Under the pieces are notes generated by a model, which made no database searches, was not told the origin of the DNA, and saw nothing but the letters and a program-made list of their open reading frames with translations. DNA of 63,056 nucleotides, the filler included, from Octopus bimaculoides (lineage: Eukaryota): assembly GCF_001194135.2 (NCBI RefSeq). It is 5 parts of 5 records of this genome, joined end to end, with 100 filler letters (N's around TTAATTAATTAA, not from the genome) between each part and the next. Parts side by side here need not be neighbours in the genome. Positions count along the whole stretch, not along the records: positions 28,206 to 57,284 come from NC_068984.1; positions 57,385 to 63,056 come from NC_068987.1; 3 more parts are not named here. One strand, written 5' to 3'. Each line of letters starts with the position of its first letter. The stretch's first letter is position 1. Made by a program: the position numbers and the translations under genes. Below, in pieces: positions 49,260-63,056 of the stretch.

Positions 49260-50222
49260 CTTTTTTTTTACATAGGAACATAAAACAATTAGAAAAAACA
49301 TGGTACATGCCACCAAGTCATACATCCTTCTTATGAGTAATGGTTAGGGTTTCTATATAATACTTTTTCACTTTGATATTCTTTAGGGCAGAGGATTGAC
49401 TAAATCATTAGAATGTCAGACAAAATGCTTTGTGCTATTTATTACAGTCTTCTACTTTTGGGGTTCAAATCTTGCTGAGGTCAGTTATGCCTATCATCTC
49501 TCTGAAATTGATTAAATAAAGTAGCAATCTAGTCAGTGCGGTTGATGTATTCATTTAACTCTCCCCTCTAGTCATGTGTTTAAATTTGAAACCTTATATT
49601 GTTTGCTTTAAAATGCTGAGTCATTGGCAGTGATAACATAACATTAGAATACAGATATATTGAAACAAATGAGAGACCCCTCTATGTTGTTGCTTGACCT
49701 GATAGAAATAACAACCAAATCTTCCTCAAAACACAGTCTACTGTCTTAAAAAGTGAAAACAATGACACTTACTTCTACACATTTCCATCTATCTGATTCC
49801 ATGCTCAAACTGTTGGTCAACACAAGGCTTTAGTAAAAGTCATTTTTGTAATGTGAAATACCACAGGTTTGAACCCAACACCATGTAGTTGTGAAGCAAA
49901 CTCCCTAACCACACAGCTATGCATATACATATACCTTACACCACAATCATTTAGTTTCCTAGAGTTTTAGACATAAGCAAAGCCTACAAATTTTGATCCA
50001 TTAGTAACATGTTGCTATTGAATGACTAAAAAAGGTGGAAGACATTTCAGGGTGCTGTTTGTTGTTCTTTTATTCCTATTCTATTATTTTCTGAATCTGT
50101 TCTACAACTGATATTTTTGTTCCAATATAAGTGATTTATTGGTTTGGTTGAACAATGCTATCATATGTTTAAATAAAATTCCTAGCTGTCAGCAAAGATT
50201 ATGCTGTTCTAACAATAGAAGA

Positions 50223-50312
<90 letters not shown>

Positions 50313-51349
50313 GAGTTTGTGTGTGTGTGTGTGTGTGTGTTTGTTTTTGCACATACCAGCATAAGAAATAAAGACCTCTGTATATATAATAAACTTTTAA
50401 TGTATTAAGAATAGTGAAGTATTGAGGTTGAATAAATTTACACGCACATGCACACACATATGCATGCACACATACACACACACACACATAGCTTAGTGAA
50501 GAGAGGGTTAGCAAGTCCAGGCATGTATTATGCCAGCAATCCATACAAGATCCTGGTTAATAGAATGCATAGGTAAGGAAATCAGCAAAAGAAGTATTCC
50601 TTTAATCCAAATATCATTCCATACAAGCTGTAAAGTCTTGGGAGAAACACCTATTATGAGCTTTGGTACTTTTGTCACAGATTATAAAAGTAAACAAAGA
50701 ACTGAAGAAGATGGCATTACAGTTTTTTAAATTAGTGCGAATTGTCAGTAATCGGAATAATTTTTTCACATCAATCAACATGTATAAATTATGTAAATCT
50801 ATACAATATTAATGAAAGTTCTACTAATCATTGCTTGAAACTAATTAACAAAGGTAATGCTGAACTAGATACTGGTTTCCATTGCAGAAATTATTCTATT
50901 AAATATAGTGCAATCTTCAGGTGAGAACTGGATTATACTGATTTGAAACTCAAGTTGTGAAAGAAACAATCAGTTTCAATAAAATATCATATCCTCTGCA
51001 ACTTGTATTGAGCACTCCTCTTTCATTTGGTGGGTGTGAATCATAAAACAATTGAAGAAAGTATGGTACATGCCACCAGGGTTATACATGCTTATGAGTA
51101 ACAATTTTATATATAGATATATATGTAGTATCTATGTACATACACACATATTCTCTCTCTCTCTCTCTCTCACACATACGCACACACATACATACATACA
51201 TATATACATACATGCATGCATACATTCATACATAACTGCATGAAGAGATGATAGAGGACCAAGATATGTAGTGCATTGCTGTACTTGGGAAGACCTACCC
51301 ACCACAACAGAATTGTGATCCTAAAACCAAGGTACCATGTTGAAAATAC

Positions 51350-51555
51350 AGGTATGGGTGCTAGTGCTGGTGCCATGTAAAAAAGTACTCAGTACACTCT
51401 GTAAAGTGGTTGGCATAAGGAAGGGCATCCAGCCTTAGAAGCGAAGACAGACCAGATCATGGAACCTGGTGCAGTCTCTGCACTTGCCAGTACTTGTCAA
51501 GCCATCCAACCCATGCCAGCATGGAAAATAGACATTAAACGTTGATGATGATGAG
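51350..51555 (+). mobile_element. RTE 3' end (family A), degenerate
   Basis: GTGGTTGGCATAAGGAAGGGCATCCAGC..CCATGCCAGCATGGAAAA..GATGATGATG. Confidence 0.7.
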
Positions 51556-51715
51556 GATACGTATATTTGTATATACATCATATTATTTTTACAAAGAAAT
51601 CATTGACAATGACTTCAAAGTTACTGTCAATGTCCCATTTTTTAAAGAATAAAACATATTTGGTACTTTACACAGAGGTATTCAGTGATCCTTTATTTAA
51701 TATATAAGTATACAT

Positions 51716-52212
51716 AGGCGTACGAGTGGCTGTGTGGTAAATAGCTTGCTTACCAACAACATGGTTCCGGGTTCAGTCCCACTGCGTGGTACCTTGGGCA
51801 AGTGTCTTCTACTATAACCTCGGGCCGACCAACGACTTGTGGGTGGATTCGGTAGATGGAAACTGAAAGAAGCCCGCCGTATATATGTACATATATANNN
51901 NNNNNNNNNNNNNNNNNNNNNNNNNNNNNNNNNNNNNNNNNNNNNNNNNNNNNNNNNNNNNNNNNNNNNNNNNNNNNNNNNNNNNNNNNNNNNNNNNNNN
52001 NNNNNNNNNNNNNNNNNNNNNNNNNNNNNNNNNNNNNNNNNNNNNNNNNNNNNNNNNNNNNNNNNNNNNNNNNNNNNNNNNNNNNNNNNNNNNNNNNNNN
52101 NNNNNGTACTAGGCTTCCAAAGAATAAGTCCTGGGGTCGAATTGCTCGACTAAAGGCGGTGCTCCAGCATGGCCACCGTCAAAAGACAGAAACAAGTAAA
52201 AAAGTAAAAAGT
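51716..52212 (+). mobile_element. SINE family B spanning an N gap
   Basis: Head 51716-51897 and tail 52106-52212 both match family B. Confidence 0.85.
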
Positions 52213-52234
52213 AAAAGTATAAAAGCAAACATTA

Positions 52235-52289
<55 letters not shown>

Positions 52290-53152
52290 TAATACACGTA
52301 TTAAATCACATATTAAATATATTTATATGGAACATAATAATGATCTCAATACAAGAAATTGAGAATAAGTAATTCATTATTACAAGAAATAAATAATAGA
52401 TTATCCTGCATCAACTTAGTTTCACTTTCATGGAGCCTTCTGCATGAAGAAATCAATAATTGAAGCTGGACAGCAAAATTATGCACTATTTAAAATTTCC
52501 AAAAATTTTCCGGTTGTTGGAGATACAATATAACAAAAATTCCAGTATATTTTGGAAGTATAAGTTCTTGTTGTCATTACGGAAAAGTGTTGCTAAGAGA
52601 AACACAATCTCATATATTCTTAGAATAATGTCGTGAATACATGAATGACATTAAGCCAACTCACAATTAATGTAAATATGCATTTGAAAAATGTGTAAAC
52701 ATGTGTGAGCACATGCATGTATATGTATACATGTATATATGTATGTATATATATATATGTGTGTGTGTGTGTGTTTGTGTATGCCTGTTTATGTACATGT
52801 ATGCATATATGTATTATGTGTGAATGCTTTTTAATATGATATATATGCATGTTTTCGTGTCCTGTTTTCTATGCTTGCATGGATGAGATGGAATTTCTTG
52901 AAGCAGATTTTCTATAGCCAGATACTCTTCCTGTCACAAACCCTTACCTGTTTCCAAATAAAGAAATATTTCCCCAGGGATTGGCATGATTTCTTGGATG
53001 ACACTGCTTGTGTGAGAGTGACACTTGTGACACTTTCTGAAGGTGTCATGCAATGGGATTAAACCCTATAACGCATGGTCAAGAAGTGAAATTCTTAATC
53101 ACATAGATATGCTTATATATGTATATATGTGTGTGTGTTTTGAGTGTATGTA

Positions 53153-53365
53153 CGAGGGGGCGCTGAAAAGTTCCTCACTTTAGGTAAAAGAAAATACAGG
53201 AGGATCAATTATGATTTTATTCAACATACTCCCATCTCAGATTCATACACTTGTTGCAGTTGACTTTCAGTTTTTCTAAGCCCTGTAAAAGAACTCGGAA
53301 TGTTGGGCTTCCAACCAGGCCTTTCATGATACCTTAGAAGCCAGGAATTTTTCAGCATCCTCTCA
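53153..53365. mobile_element. Mariner-derived MITE (213 bp)
   Basis: TA-CGAGGGGGCGCTGAAAAGTTCCT ... AGGAATTTTTCAGCATCCTCTCA-TA. Confidence 0.85.
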
Positions 53366-53608
53366 TATATGCTTTGTGTGCATGCATATGTATCTATGGC
53401 CTCTGTCTTGTCATTACTGACTATGGATGAAAGTCTGAGTTGTCCACTGGAACAGCATTGTCTGCAGTTGAACAATCCAATACACAAACTGTTCCACACA
53501 AGCTGCACTTGTGGGCTTTTCCACTGTTGTTTGAGTTGTAGTGTTCTTGTGTGTGGATTCTCTCCCTCTCTTTTTCTTTCTCTTTCTCTCCCTCTCTTTT
53601 TCTTTCTC

Positions 53609-53642
<34 letters not shown>

Positions 53643-54455
53643 CACCACCGCCTTCACCATCTTTATGCCTACTATTACTCACACCCCGTGAGGAATAGTA
53701 GGAGTGTCATTGAATAGTGAGAGGTGGGGGAAGAGTGTGACACACTGACACACAAAAATTAGTTTTCGCATATATTATATTAGATATATCTATATCTATC
53801 AGTATATATATATATATNNNNNNNNNNNNNNNNNNNNNNNNNNNNNNNNNNNNNNNNNNNNNNNNNNNNNNNNNNNNNNNNNNNNNNNNNNNNNNNNNNN
53901 NNNNNNNNNNNNNNNNNNNNNNNNNNNNNNNNNNNNNNNNNNNNNNNNNNNNNNNNNNNNNNNNNNNNNNNNNNNNNNNNNNNNNNNNNNNNNNNNNNNN
54001 NNNNNNNNNNNNNNNNNNNNNNNNNNNNNNNNNNNNNNNNNNNNNNNNNNNNNNNNNNNNNNNNNNNNNNNNNNNNNNNNNNNNNNNNNNNNNNNNNNNN
54101 NNNNNNNNNNNNNNNNNNNNNNNNNNNNNNNNNNNNNNNNNNNNNNNNNNNNNNNNNNNNNNNNNNNNNNNNNNNNNNNNNNNNNNNNNNNNNNNNNNNN
54201 NNNNNNNNNNNNNNNNNNNNNNNNNNNNNNNNNNNNNNNNNNNNNNNNNNNNNNNNNNNNNNNNNNNNNNNNNNNNNNNNNNNNNNNNNNNNNNNNNNNN
54301 NNNNNNNNNNNNNNNNNNNNNNNNNNNNNNNNNNNNNNNNNNNNNNNNNNNNNNNNNNNNNNNNNNNNNNNNNNNNNNNNNNNNNNNNNNNNNNNNNNNN
54401 NNNNNNNNNNNNNNNNNNNNNNNNNNNNNNNNNNNNNNNNNNNNNNNNNNNNNNN

Positions 54456-54518
<63 letters not shown>

Positions 54519-55106
54519 CTTTGTGTCTGTATTTGTCTCCCCACCACTGCTTGATATCTAGTGCTGTAACTTAGCGATTCGGCAAAAGATTAAGTACCAG
54601 ACTTAATAAGCACTGGGACCAGTGACTGAAACAAATTAAAGATAAAAAATAAAAGATATATCATAAATTGTGTATTTCTATGTCTGTTTGTGTTTATATA
54701 TATATTATTTGTGCATATTACACACACATACCCACACGCACATGATTATAACCACAAATGATTCTGTCAAAAGTAGCATTAACTTTTTAGGTCATTCAAT
54801 TTTTCTCAACTGATCAATATACTGATTGAGTAAACCTATCAATAACGAACCTATAATGACTATTGGAAACAGCTGTAAATCAAATTTACAGCAATAAAGA
54901 AAAATATATTATGACCGTTATTTATACCTTGTCTTGTATATATGATTTTATTTATATGTATATAAAAATACACATATATCATGTAATTGTATGTGTGTAT
55001 CAGCATGAGTCCATAAGAAATACATACTGTAATTGTTTTAGAACTTTGCAAACTTGCTGATAATGAAAATCTAGAAGATTCCCACATTGCTTTCAGAGGT
55101 TAGTAT

Positions 55107-55157
<51 letters not shown>

Positions 55158-55238
55158 GCCTTAACTCAAGACCAATTACTGAGATTTATGTAAGTTAATA
55201 AATTTTTTAACATATATAAACATATTACTTGCATTTGA

Positions 55239-56839
55239 TTACCTAGCTTTTGTTGACATGGAGAAAGACTTTGACATGGTCCTCCGATCCCTTATCTGGT
55301 GGTCAATGAGGAAACTAAGGATAGAAGAATGGTTAGTGAGAGCTGTGCGAGCCATGTACAGAGACGCTGTCAGTAAGGTGAGGGTTGGCAATGAGTTGAG
55401 TGAAGAATTCCGGGTAGAAGTAGAGGTCCACCAAGGTTCAGTCCTCAGCCCCCTCCTATTTATCATAGTCCTCCAGGCAATAACACAGGAATTCAAGACA
55501 GGATGCCCCTGGGAGCTCCTCTATGCTGATGACCTTGCCCTAATTGCTGAGTCACTATCAGAACTAGAGGAAAAGTTTCAGGTGTGGAAGCAAGGATTAG
55601 AATCGAAGGGCCTTAGAGTCAACCTAGCTAAAACCAAAGTCCTAATAAGTAGGAAGGTAGACAAAACACGAACCCCTTCAGGTAGATGGCCCTGCTCGAT
55701 CTGTAGAAAAGGCGTAGGTAGAAACTCTATAAGATGTACCCAGTGTAAGCTATGGACATATAAGAGGTGCCATGCTACATGGCAGTGAAACATGGGCCGT
55801 GACTGCTGAGGACATGCGTTAGCTCACAAAGAATGAATCCAGTATGCTCTAATGGATGTGTAATGTCAGTGTGCATACTGGACAGAGTGTAAGTACCTTG
55901 AGAGAAAAGTTGAACCTAAGAAGCATCAGTTGTAGTGTGCAAGAGAGACGATTGGGCTGGTATGGTCATCTGGCGAGAATGGATGAGCATAACTGTGTGA
56001 AAAAGTGCCACTGCCTAGCGGTTGAGGGAACCTGTGGAAGAGGTAGACCCAGAAAGACCTGGGATGAGGTGAAGCACAAGCTTCGAACATTAGGCCTCAC
56101 CGAGGCAATGACTTCTGACCGAGACCTTTGGAAATATGCTGTGCATGAGAAGACACGGCAAGCCAAGTGAGACCTAAATCCAAGGCCTCTGTCAGGGGTG
56201 TAGCCAGCCCACTTATGCATACCTTTCCTTCATTGGACACTAAACTCCACTTGCAAAGACCTGTTGAGGCAAGTGAAATTGAAATTGAACTAAATTCGAC
56301 AACTGACACCCATGCCAACGTCTCCTTCATTGGACACTAAGCTTGGTTTGCAAAGACCTGTTGGGGCAAGTGAAAGCAAAATCTTGATGGCACCTGTACC
56401 AGTGGAGCGTTAAGAGCGTGATCATTGCTAGAGCAACTGTCTGGCTTCCGTGCCAGTGGCAATTAAATAGCACCATTTGTGCATGATCGTTACCAGCGTT
56501 GCCTTCCTGGTACTTGTGCCGGTGACATGTGAAAAGACATTCGAGTGAGGTCATTGCCAGTGCCGCTGGACTGGCTCCTATGCAGGTGACACATAAAATA
56601 CACCAATTTTAGCGTGGCTGTTGCCAATACCGCCTGACTGGCCTTCATGCTGGTGGCACGTAAAAGCATCCACTACACTCTTGGAGTGGTTGGCGTTAGG
56701 AAGGGCATCCAGCTGTAGAAACTCTGCCAAATCAGATTGGAACCTGGTGTAGCCGTCTGGTTCACCAGTCCTCAGTCAAATCGTCCAATCCATGCTAGCA
56801 TGGAAAGGGGACGTTAAATGATGCTGATGATGATGATGA
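55239..56839 (+). mobile_element. 5'-truncated RTE LINE: RT, Cys-rich insert, C-terminus and full 3' UTR with (GAT)n tail
   Basis: LAFVDMEKDFD..HQGSVLSPLLF..LLYADDLAL..VNLAKTKV; WPCSICRKGVGRNSIRCTQCKLWTYKRC; after a deletion MLHGSETW..RRLGWYGHLARM..GRGRPRKTW..DRDLWK, stop at 56170; the 3' UTR ends in the family A tail. Confidence 0.95.
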
Positions 56840-57243
56840 TATAATGAAAGAAATATTTAGCTAAGGACACAAACTGAATCAGGATAAACTCCCTAGAATC
56901 CGATTTTAAGTTGCCTGGAGTTAGATGCGGGCTTACTAAATTACACTTTCAGCTCAGGGTTTCTCCATAGTGTAAGGGATTAGCCAACCCCCTAAAGCTC
57001 TCTTTAATGACAAGTACTTGATATTGCAATTTAAAAACCAGTACTGGATATTGCATACGAGAGTGTGTGTGTGAATGTGTATGTATGTGAATGTGTATGC
57101 ATGCTTGTGTGTGTGTGTGTGTGTGCGTATTGCCATTATTTAGTCTCCATACTCCATGCTAGCATGTATGAAACTTCAATATATATTTTGGCATGGTTTC
57201 TATAGTTGGATGCCCTTCCTATCACCGACCACTTTACAGCATG

Positions 57244-57284
<41 letters not shown>

Positions 57285-57384
57285 NNNNNNNNNNNNNNNN
57301 NNNNNNNNNNNNNNNNNNNNNNNNNNNNTTAATTAATTAANNNNNNNNNNNNNNNNNNNNNNNNNNNNNNNNNNNNNNNNNNNN

Positions 57385-57452
<68 letters not shown>

Positions 57453-58551
57453 CAAGTATGTATGTATGTACGTATATGTAGTGAGACCGAGAGAGTGTGA
57501 GTGAGTAAGTGAGTGAGTGAGTGAATGAGAGAGTGATAGGTAGATGGAAAGACGAAATATGTTGCTACGCGTACTGATAGTATAGAGAGTACAAGAACAT
57601 TTATTTTCATTAGTATTGATATAGTTAACGGGCCTCACATTTTCGCAAATGTAACATTTGAGGATCTCGGTGCCGTGTCGTGGAGCCGTGTTGCAAACTC
57701 TATCGATTCTGAAACGATGCCTCTGCAATTTACATTTCTCTACTACTTATACTTATAACGTGTCTAAATGTCACGAGCCATTCGCGTGTATACATGTATG
57801 TTTTGTGTTAATGAAATCAAACATACATATATGTATACATAGATACACACACAAACATATATATATGTATACGTGTATGTATGTATATACATATTATTGA
57901 AGGAATCAGTATTTATACCACAAGGCAATTTTCATATATTACTAAACGTGGATATACTATTAGCGCACCAAATACTGTGATATTTGCCTTGAGAAATCTT
58001 AGAGAAATCGTAGAGACATAAATTGCTTAAAAGCATTCACATCCATCGTAGCAGACGAAAATCGTCTGTTCTGGGCGTCGGAACTGCTAGATCACATGAT
58101 TTTAGCATGCTTTTCTTCTTCAGTTGCAGGTGACTAACACCGCATACTACGCACATGCTACTACCAAAGATATATAGTATAACAGTGGTGTATATACCAG
58201 TGTTTGATGTCAAATTAGCAAGCAAAATTATAATGAGTATCACGTATGAAATGCATTCCGAATGATGCTATATCTAAATAATGACCTGAAATACTTCAGT
58301 TGAGTTTCCAAATCCAGAATATCTGGCTTCTCATATGCAATTGAATTATAGAAAGCTGATTTTGTATATATGATATATTAATATCTGCTGAGTACAACTA
58401 TTTATTATATATCATATAGTTACTTCTTGCTCTTCTACATTACATGCCAAATGTCTAACCTCTCCATACATTGTAACTAAGTTTCTCTCCTCCCCTATCG
58501 TTGATTATATATACATATAGACACATATGTCAATATACATGTACTTATACC

Positions 58552-58584
<33 letters not shown>

Positions 58585-58616
58585 ACACGAACAAACACGC
58601 GGACACGTACACAGAC

Positions 58617-58654
<38 letters not shown>

Positions 58655-58690
58655 AAATGTATATGTGCATGTATGTATACTCTCTCTCTG

Positions 58691-58721
<31 letters not shown>

Positions 58722-59272
58722 AAGTGTGTTAGTGTGTATGTAATTACACACAGATATGCATGAAAGTATATAAACAAACATAATGTCTGCACGCGTAACG
58801 TGTATGCGTGCGTGACTGCATCTATGCGCGTGCGTGCGGGTGTGTATGCGTGTATGTGTACGTGTTTGTTTGCGTGAGTATAAACATAAATGAAAAAAAC
58901 GGTACTTTTTCATACTCCCGCCAAAGCTTTCCTACAAATTGATTCAGTGTATTTCTAGGACATTTATACAATTATTTTTGTTTTCTTATGAGAAATTTTT
59001 CAAAATAAAAAAAGAACAGTTCTTGATTGAATTCTGTGATATCCCCCACCCCTTTTCATTGTCCATCATATTTAATAATTTAATTAGTTGTGCTGTTGTC
59101 TCCTAGCTACAACCTAATATATTTCCCTTTTACGTACATTTATTCTTTCGAATAAATCTACACTGTTTTGTCTTTTTCCATTGTCATTACTCGTTTCCGC
59201 ATATTTTCCTTTGAAATTTTCATAGTATTTCTCCTATAACACATTTAACACATCATTGTTTAGGAATATATA

Positions 59273-59308
<36 letters not shown>

Positions 59309-59486
59309 TATATNNNNNNNNNNNNNNNNNNNNNNNNNNNNNNNNNNNNNNNNNNNNNNNNNNNNNNNNNNNNNNNNNNNNNNNNNNNNNNNNNNNNNNN
59401 NNNNNNNNNNNNNNNNNNNNNNNNNNNNNNNNNNNNNNNNNNNNNNNNNNNNNNNNNNNNNNNNNNNNNNNNNNNNNNNNNNNNNN

Positions 59487-59519
<33 letters not shown>

Positions 59520-61939
59520 GTACATGTGTGTGTGACTGCGTAAATACCTATAAATACATACATATGTACATATGTATATATGCATCCATCTGTTCTATAA
59601 CAGTAGAAAAGTATAACCTGCATATGCAATATACAATATACTACCACAACAGCTACATAGGCGTCCAAACATACGTTTTAGTATTTTATTATTGTTATAT
59701 ATGTAAAAATGTATCTGTGATCTGGGTGAGTGGATGCTGTACGTGTACATATATACATACACACACACACAAACACACACACTTATATAAGTATACCCAC
59801 AAGCGCTCTTTTAATAGTGTGAAAGCAAGGTATTTACGCAATAAAAAATATAAAATGTATTTTAGTTTTATGTATGGAAGTGTGAATAGAACAAAGTTTT
59901 AAACCATTCTACGTAAAGTAATCTAAACATGTCAACTAAACTATAAATCGCGTTAAACTGGAGAATAGGCATAAACGAAACAAAGATAAAGGAATAACAA
60001 GACATTATTGGATAAAAGTTTAATAAATATATATTGTAATCCACCAACGCGCCTTTTTTCAAACATATTGCTAAAAGTTAAACACGAATTTCAACACCAA
60101 ACAGTATTTACCCTAAATAAAGCGTTCGTTTTATTTTTCTCCTAACACTCCTTTTCCTTTACTCTTTATTTCTTGTTGTTGTTGCTCTCTCTTTCCCTAT
60201 CTCTCTCCGTCTCGTTCTCCCTCTCTCCATTCTCTTGCTCTATGCATCTGGATCGTTTTCTTCTGTCTTTCACTCCCTTTTAACCGAAGAATATCAGAGT
60301 ACAAAGTTCTTGTCATAAATGATATTTTAATGATGCATGGCTTTCATCTTTTTACTAATTTTATATTTTTTTTATTGCATATATGTATACACACATACAT
60401 ATATTCATACATGCATGCATAAATACAAATATACGTCTGTATGTATGTATGTATGTATGTATGTATGTATGTATGTATGTGTGTATGTATGTATGTATGT
60501 CAGTTTGTCTTTCTGCGTTAGTGTTTAACTTAGCATCAATATAAGGAAAGGAAAATATAAGAAATGTCAAATTTAATATCAGTTTTGATTCTTATTGAAC
60601 TTTGTGTCTCAAATCTTACTCCACCTCCGCAACAAATTAGATGCTCACTTCCTTCAAGTTTCTTAAATCACTTAATAGGGATTTAGTTTCGGACAAAAGA
60701 CAATCTGAAAAAAAGTAGCAACATAAAGAAGTATAAAAAAAGTACGTAGTAGAATATTATTATTGAAGTCAAGAAATGCCCGAAAAAAATATAAATAATT
60801 GTTATAGGTAGCTGGGCATTATGTGGTACTTCAATACGTGAAAGTTTCACCGCAGGAGAAATGTATCACAGTCAAATATCAACAGGTTTTCCTGCGACGT
60901 TAAGAAAAAATAATAATAATAAATGACATGTAACTCAGCGAAGCACACTAACATCTATAGAAATCCAAGCTCACAGTCAGAAATATGGAATATATACATT
61001 TATCATAATACAGATATATAAAAATTTCAACGCATAATATATGTAGTAACACAGCAAGTGTTACGATCATAGTTACCTCTGAAAACTCTAAAACATTACG
61101 AAATACAAGGTAAAAGAAGCCACGAGCCATAAATTGTAAACTAAAATTGCAATTAATGGCTTCAACTCATTGCCACTATTGAGGGTTGACAGAGAGAGAA
61201 TGCATATATCAAGGATTCTCAAGGTGACTTCGGTTCGATAAAAATGATAAAACAACTTCAAAGTAAAAAGAGCAAATGTATGCATTTATACATATTATAG
61301 CGCAAAAGAAATACATACGTTGAGGCAAAATCCAAAAGAATTTGAGAAATGGAGAAATAAGTGCAAAGATCTCTCCTTTGCTCATTTCTGTCGCTCTCTA
61401 TCTCACTCTGTCATCGTATATATACAGTCCTAGTAATTTTTATATATATATATATATATATATATNNNNNNNNNNNNNNNNNNNNNNNNNNNNNNNNNNN
61501 NNNNNNNNNNNNNNNNNNNNNNNNNNNNNNNNNNNNNNNNNNNNNNNNNNNNNNNNNNNNNNNNNNNNNNNNNNNNNNNNNNNNNNNNNNNNNNNNNNNN
61601 NNNNNNNNNNNNNNNNNNNNNNNNNNNNNNNNNNNNNNNNNNNNNNNNNNNNNNNNNNNNNNNNNNNNNNNNNNNNNNNNNNNNNNNNNNNNNNNNNNNN
61701 NNNNNNNNNNNNNNNNNNNNNNNNNNNNNNNNNNNNNNNNNNNNNNNNNNNNNNNNNNNNNNNNNNNNNNNNNNNNNNNNNNNNNNNNNNNNNNNNNNNN
61801 NNNNNNNNNNNNNNNNNNNNNNNNNNNNNNNNNNNNNNNNNNNNNNNNNNNNNNNNNNNNNNNNNNNNNNNNNNNNNNNNNNNNNNNNNNNNNNNNNNNN
61901 NNNNNNNNNNNNNNNNNNNNNNTCATGCAGGAACGCATA

Positions 61940-62776
61940 CGAGTGTTATTCAAAATTTTTACATCATTTTGTCTTAATTTCCTTTGTGTTCGATGCTCCT
62001 TTACAGTGAACCAAAAGCTTGCTAATACCGTCGAAGAAACCTTTCGGCTAGTGGCGCTACCATTTATGCACTGCTTCATCCGTAGCAAAGCGGGGACGTC
62101 GTAAAGTACTTCCTTCATATAATCGGAAGAGAAAAGATCTTATCTGTATATAGGGTGTTCCACGAAATTCAAACCGAAATTTTCTATGAGTTCAATTGTG
62201 TGGAATGCCATATTTTCGGGTGCATTGTCATGCGTCATTAAAACTTTGCTCGATTATAGGCCTCGGGGTTTCTTGGGAATTGCTTGTTTCTATTTCTTGG
62301 CCAGCCCTTCTTTGTAGACTACAATGGTGACTGTAGACTTGTTTTTCAGGTAATGCTTCAGTAGTGGCACATTCGTGTCCTAACAAAAACAGTTTGCATC
62401 ACTTTTACTGCGGAAGGTTGACTTGAATTTCGTCATCGCTAGCTGTTTCGGATATTATGATTCCATACTCTGACTTAAGGATTCTGGCTCATTTCCAGTG
62501 AATATCCTCTCCCAAAAGAGCTTCACTTCATCGTTGCAGCGTTCGAGGAAACGTTGACAGATTTTGATGAGATCACTTGGCAGCTATCTCCAACGGACGT
62601 TATCGAAGCGAAGACTGTCGAGCGTTACTTATGCAGAAGTCATTTGCAGTGAACGAGCTACCACATCACCGCTCGCTCGCCTGTCGCTAGAATCATGTCT
62701 CTAGCTTGTTGAATCTTCACGTCAATGGTAAAGAATTTGTATATATGCGACAGAGTCAGTATGAATACCGAGCGTT
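61940..62776 (-). mobile_element. Mariner transposase pseudogene
   Basis: TA-CGAGTGTTATTCAAAA TIR at 61940; minus frames read RIFTGNEP..QSME..KFKST..HDNAP..FVEHP..RFATDEAV; the right end is approximate. Confidence 0.8.
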
Positions 62777-63056
62777 AATACTCCATGTAAACGTGGATAT
62801 TCAATTAGAACAAACTATGCTGAAGCAGATATCAGGAAAATGTCACGTTGGTTTTTGTAGTGCAAAATGCACTCTTATTTATCTTCCGTCTAGCAATCTA
62901 TCCACACACACACAGACACCTACATACGCAAACATATTAGTATTACCTCGCGTGGATATTTACCACTTCCGAGGTTCCGGTGTCTATGAAACATGTATAG
63001 CTCGGATTTTATCTACTCCATACTTTTACTCTTGGATATATATATATATATATATA

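Noticed and set aside
50530-50920. Several micro-exon candidates on both strands (also 8119-8144, 21527-21549 and 34860-35070)
   Set aside because: Short GT-AG-bounded open frames are expected by chance at this scale, and none gave a recognisable peptide.
57560-57728. LKCYICEN motif suggesting an Ly6/three-finger protein
   Set aside because: No signal peptide, no further conserved Cys pattern, and the ORF runs into microsatellite.

Overview
AT-rich eukaryotic DNA that is very dense in microsatellites and contains many N gaps. The repeat families and simple-repeat content look like an octopus (coleoid cephalopod) draft assembly; this is inferred, not shown. Four 100-bp spacers (44 N + TTAATTAATTAA + 44 N) split the window into five joined pieces. 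There is no intact protein-coding gene, rRNA or CRISPR array, and nearly all ORF-track entries are simple-repeat or N-gap artefacts. The window is mostly decayed transposons: Penelope-like elements, RTE, R4/Dong and CR1-like LINE remnants, a TSD-bounded deleted Gypsy element, four mariner remnants, a Buster-type hAT, several MITEs and three tRNA-derived SINE families. The most interesting observations are: (1) a three-level nest, Penelope-like > SINE > a 1.5-kb retroposed element with a perfect 16-bp TSD and an ORF but no visible RT; (2) a second RT-less, zinc-knuckle ORF1-type element whose 3' end matches the tail of a SINE in the same window, suggesting an ORF1-only (HAL1-like) retroposon family tied to SINEs; (3) two long hairpins, one of them pri-miRNA-shaped; (4) a weakly supported pair of minus-strand host exons near 47-49 kb. 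All coordinates and identities are from hand inspection.
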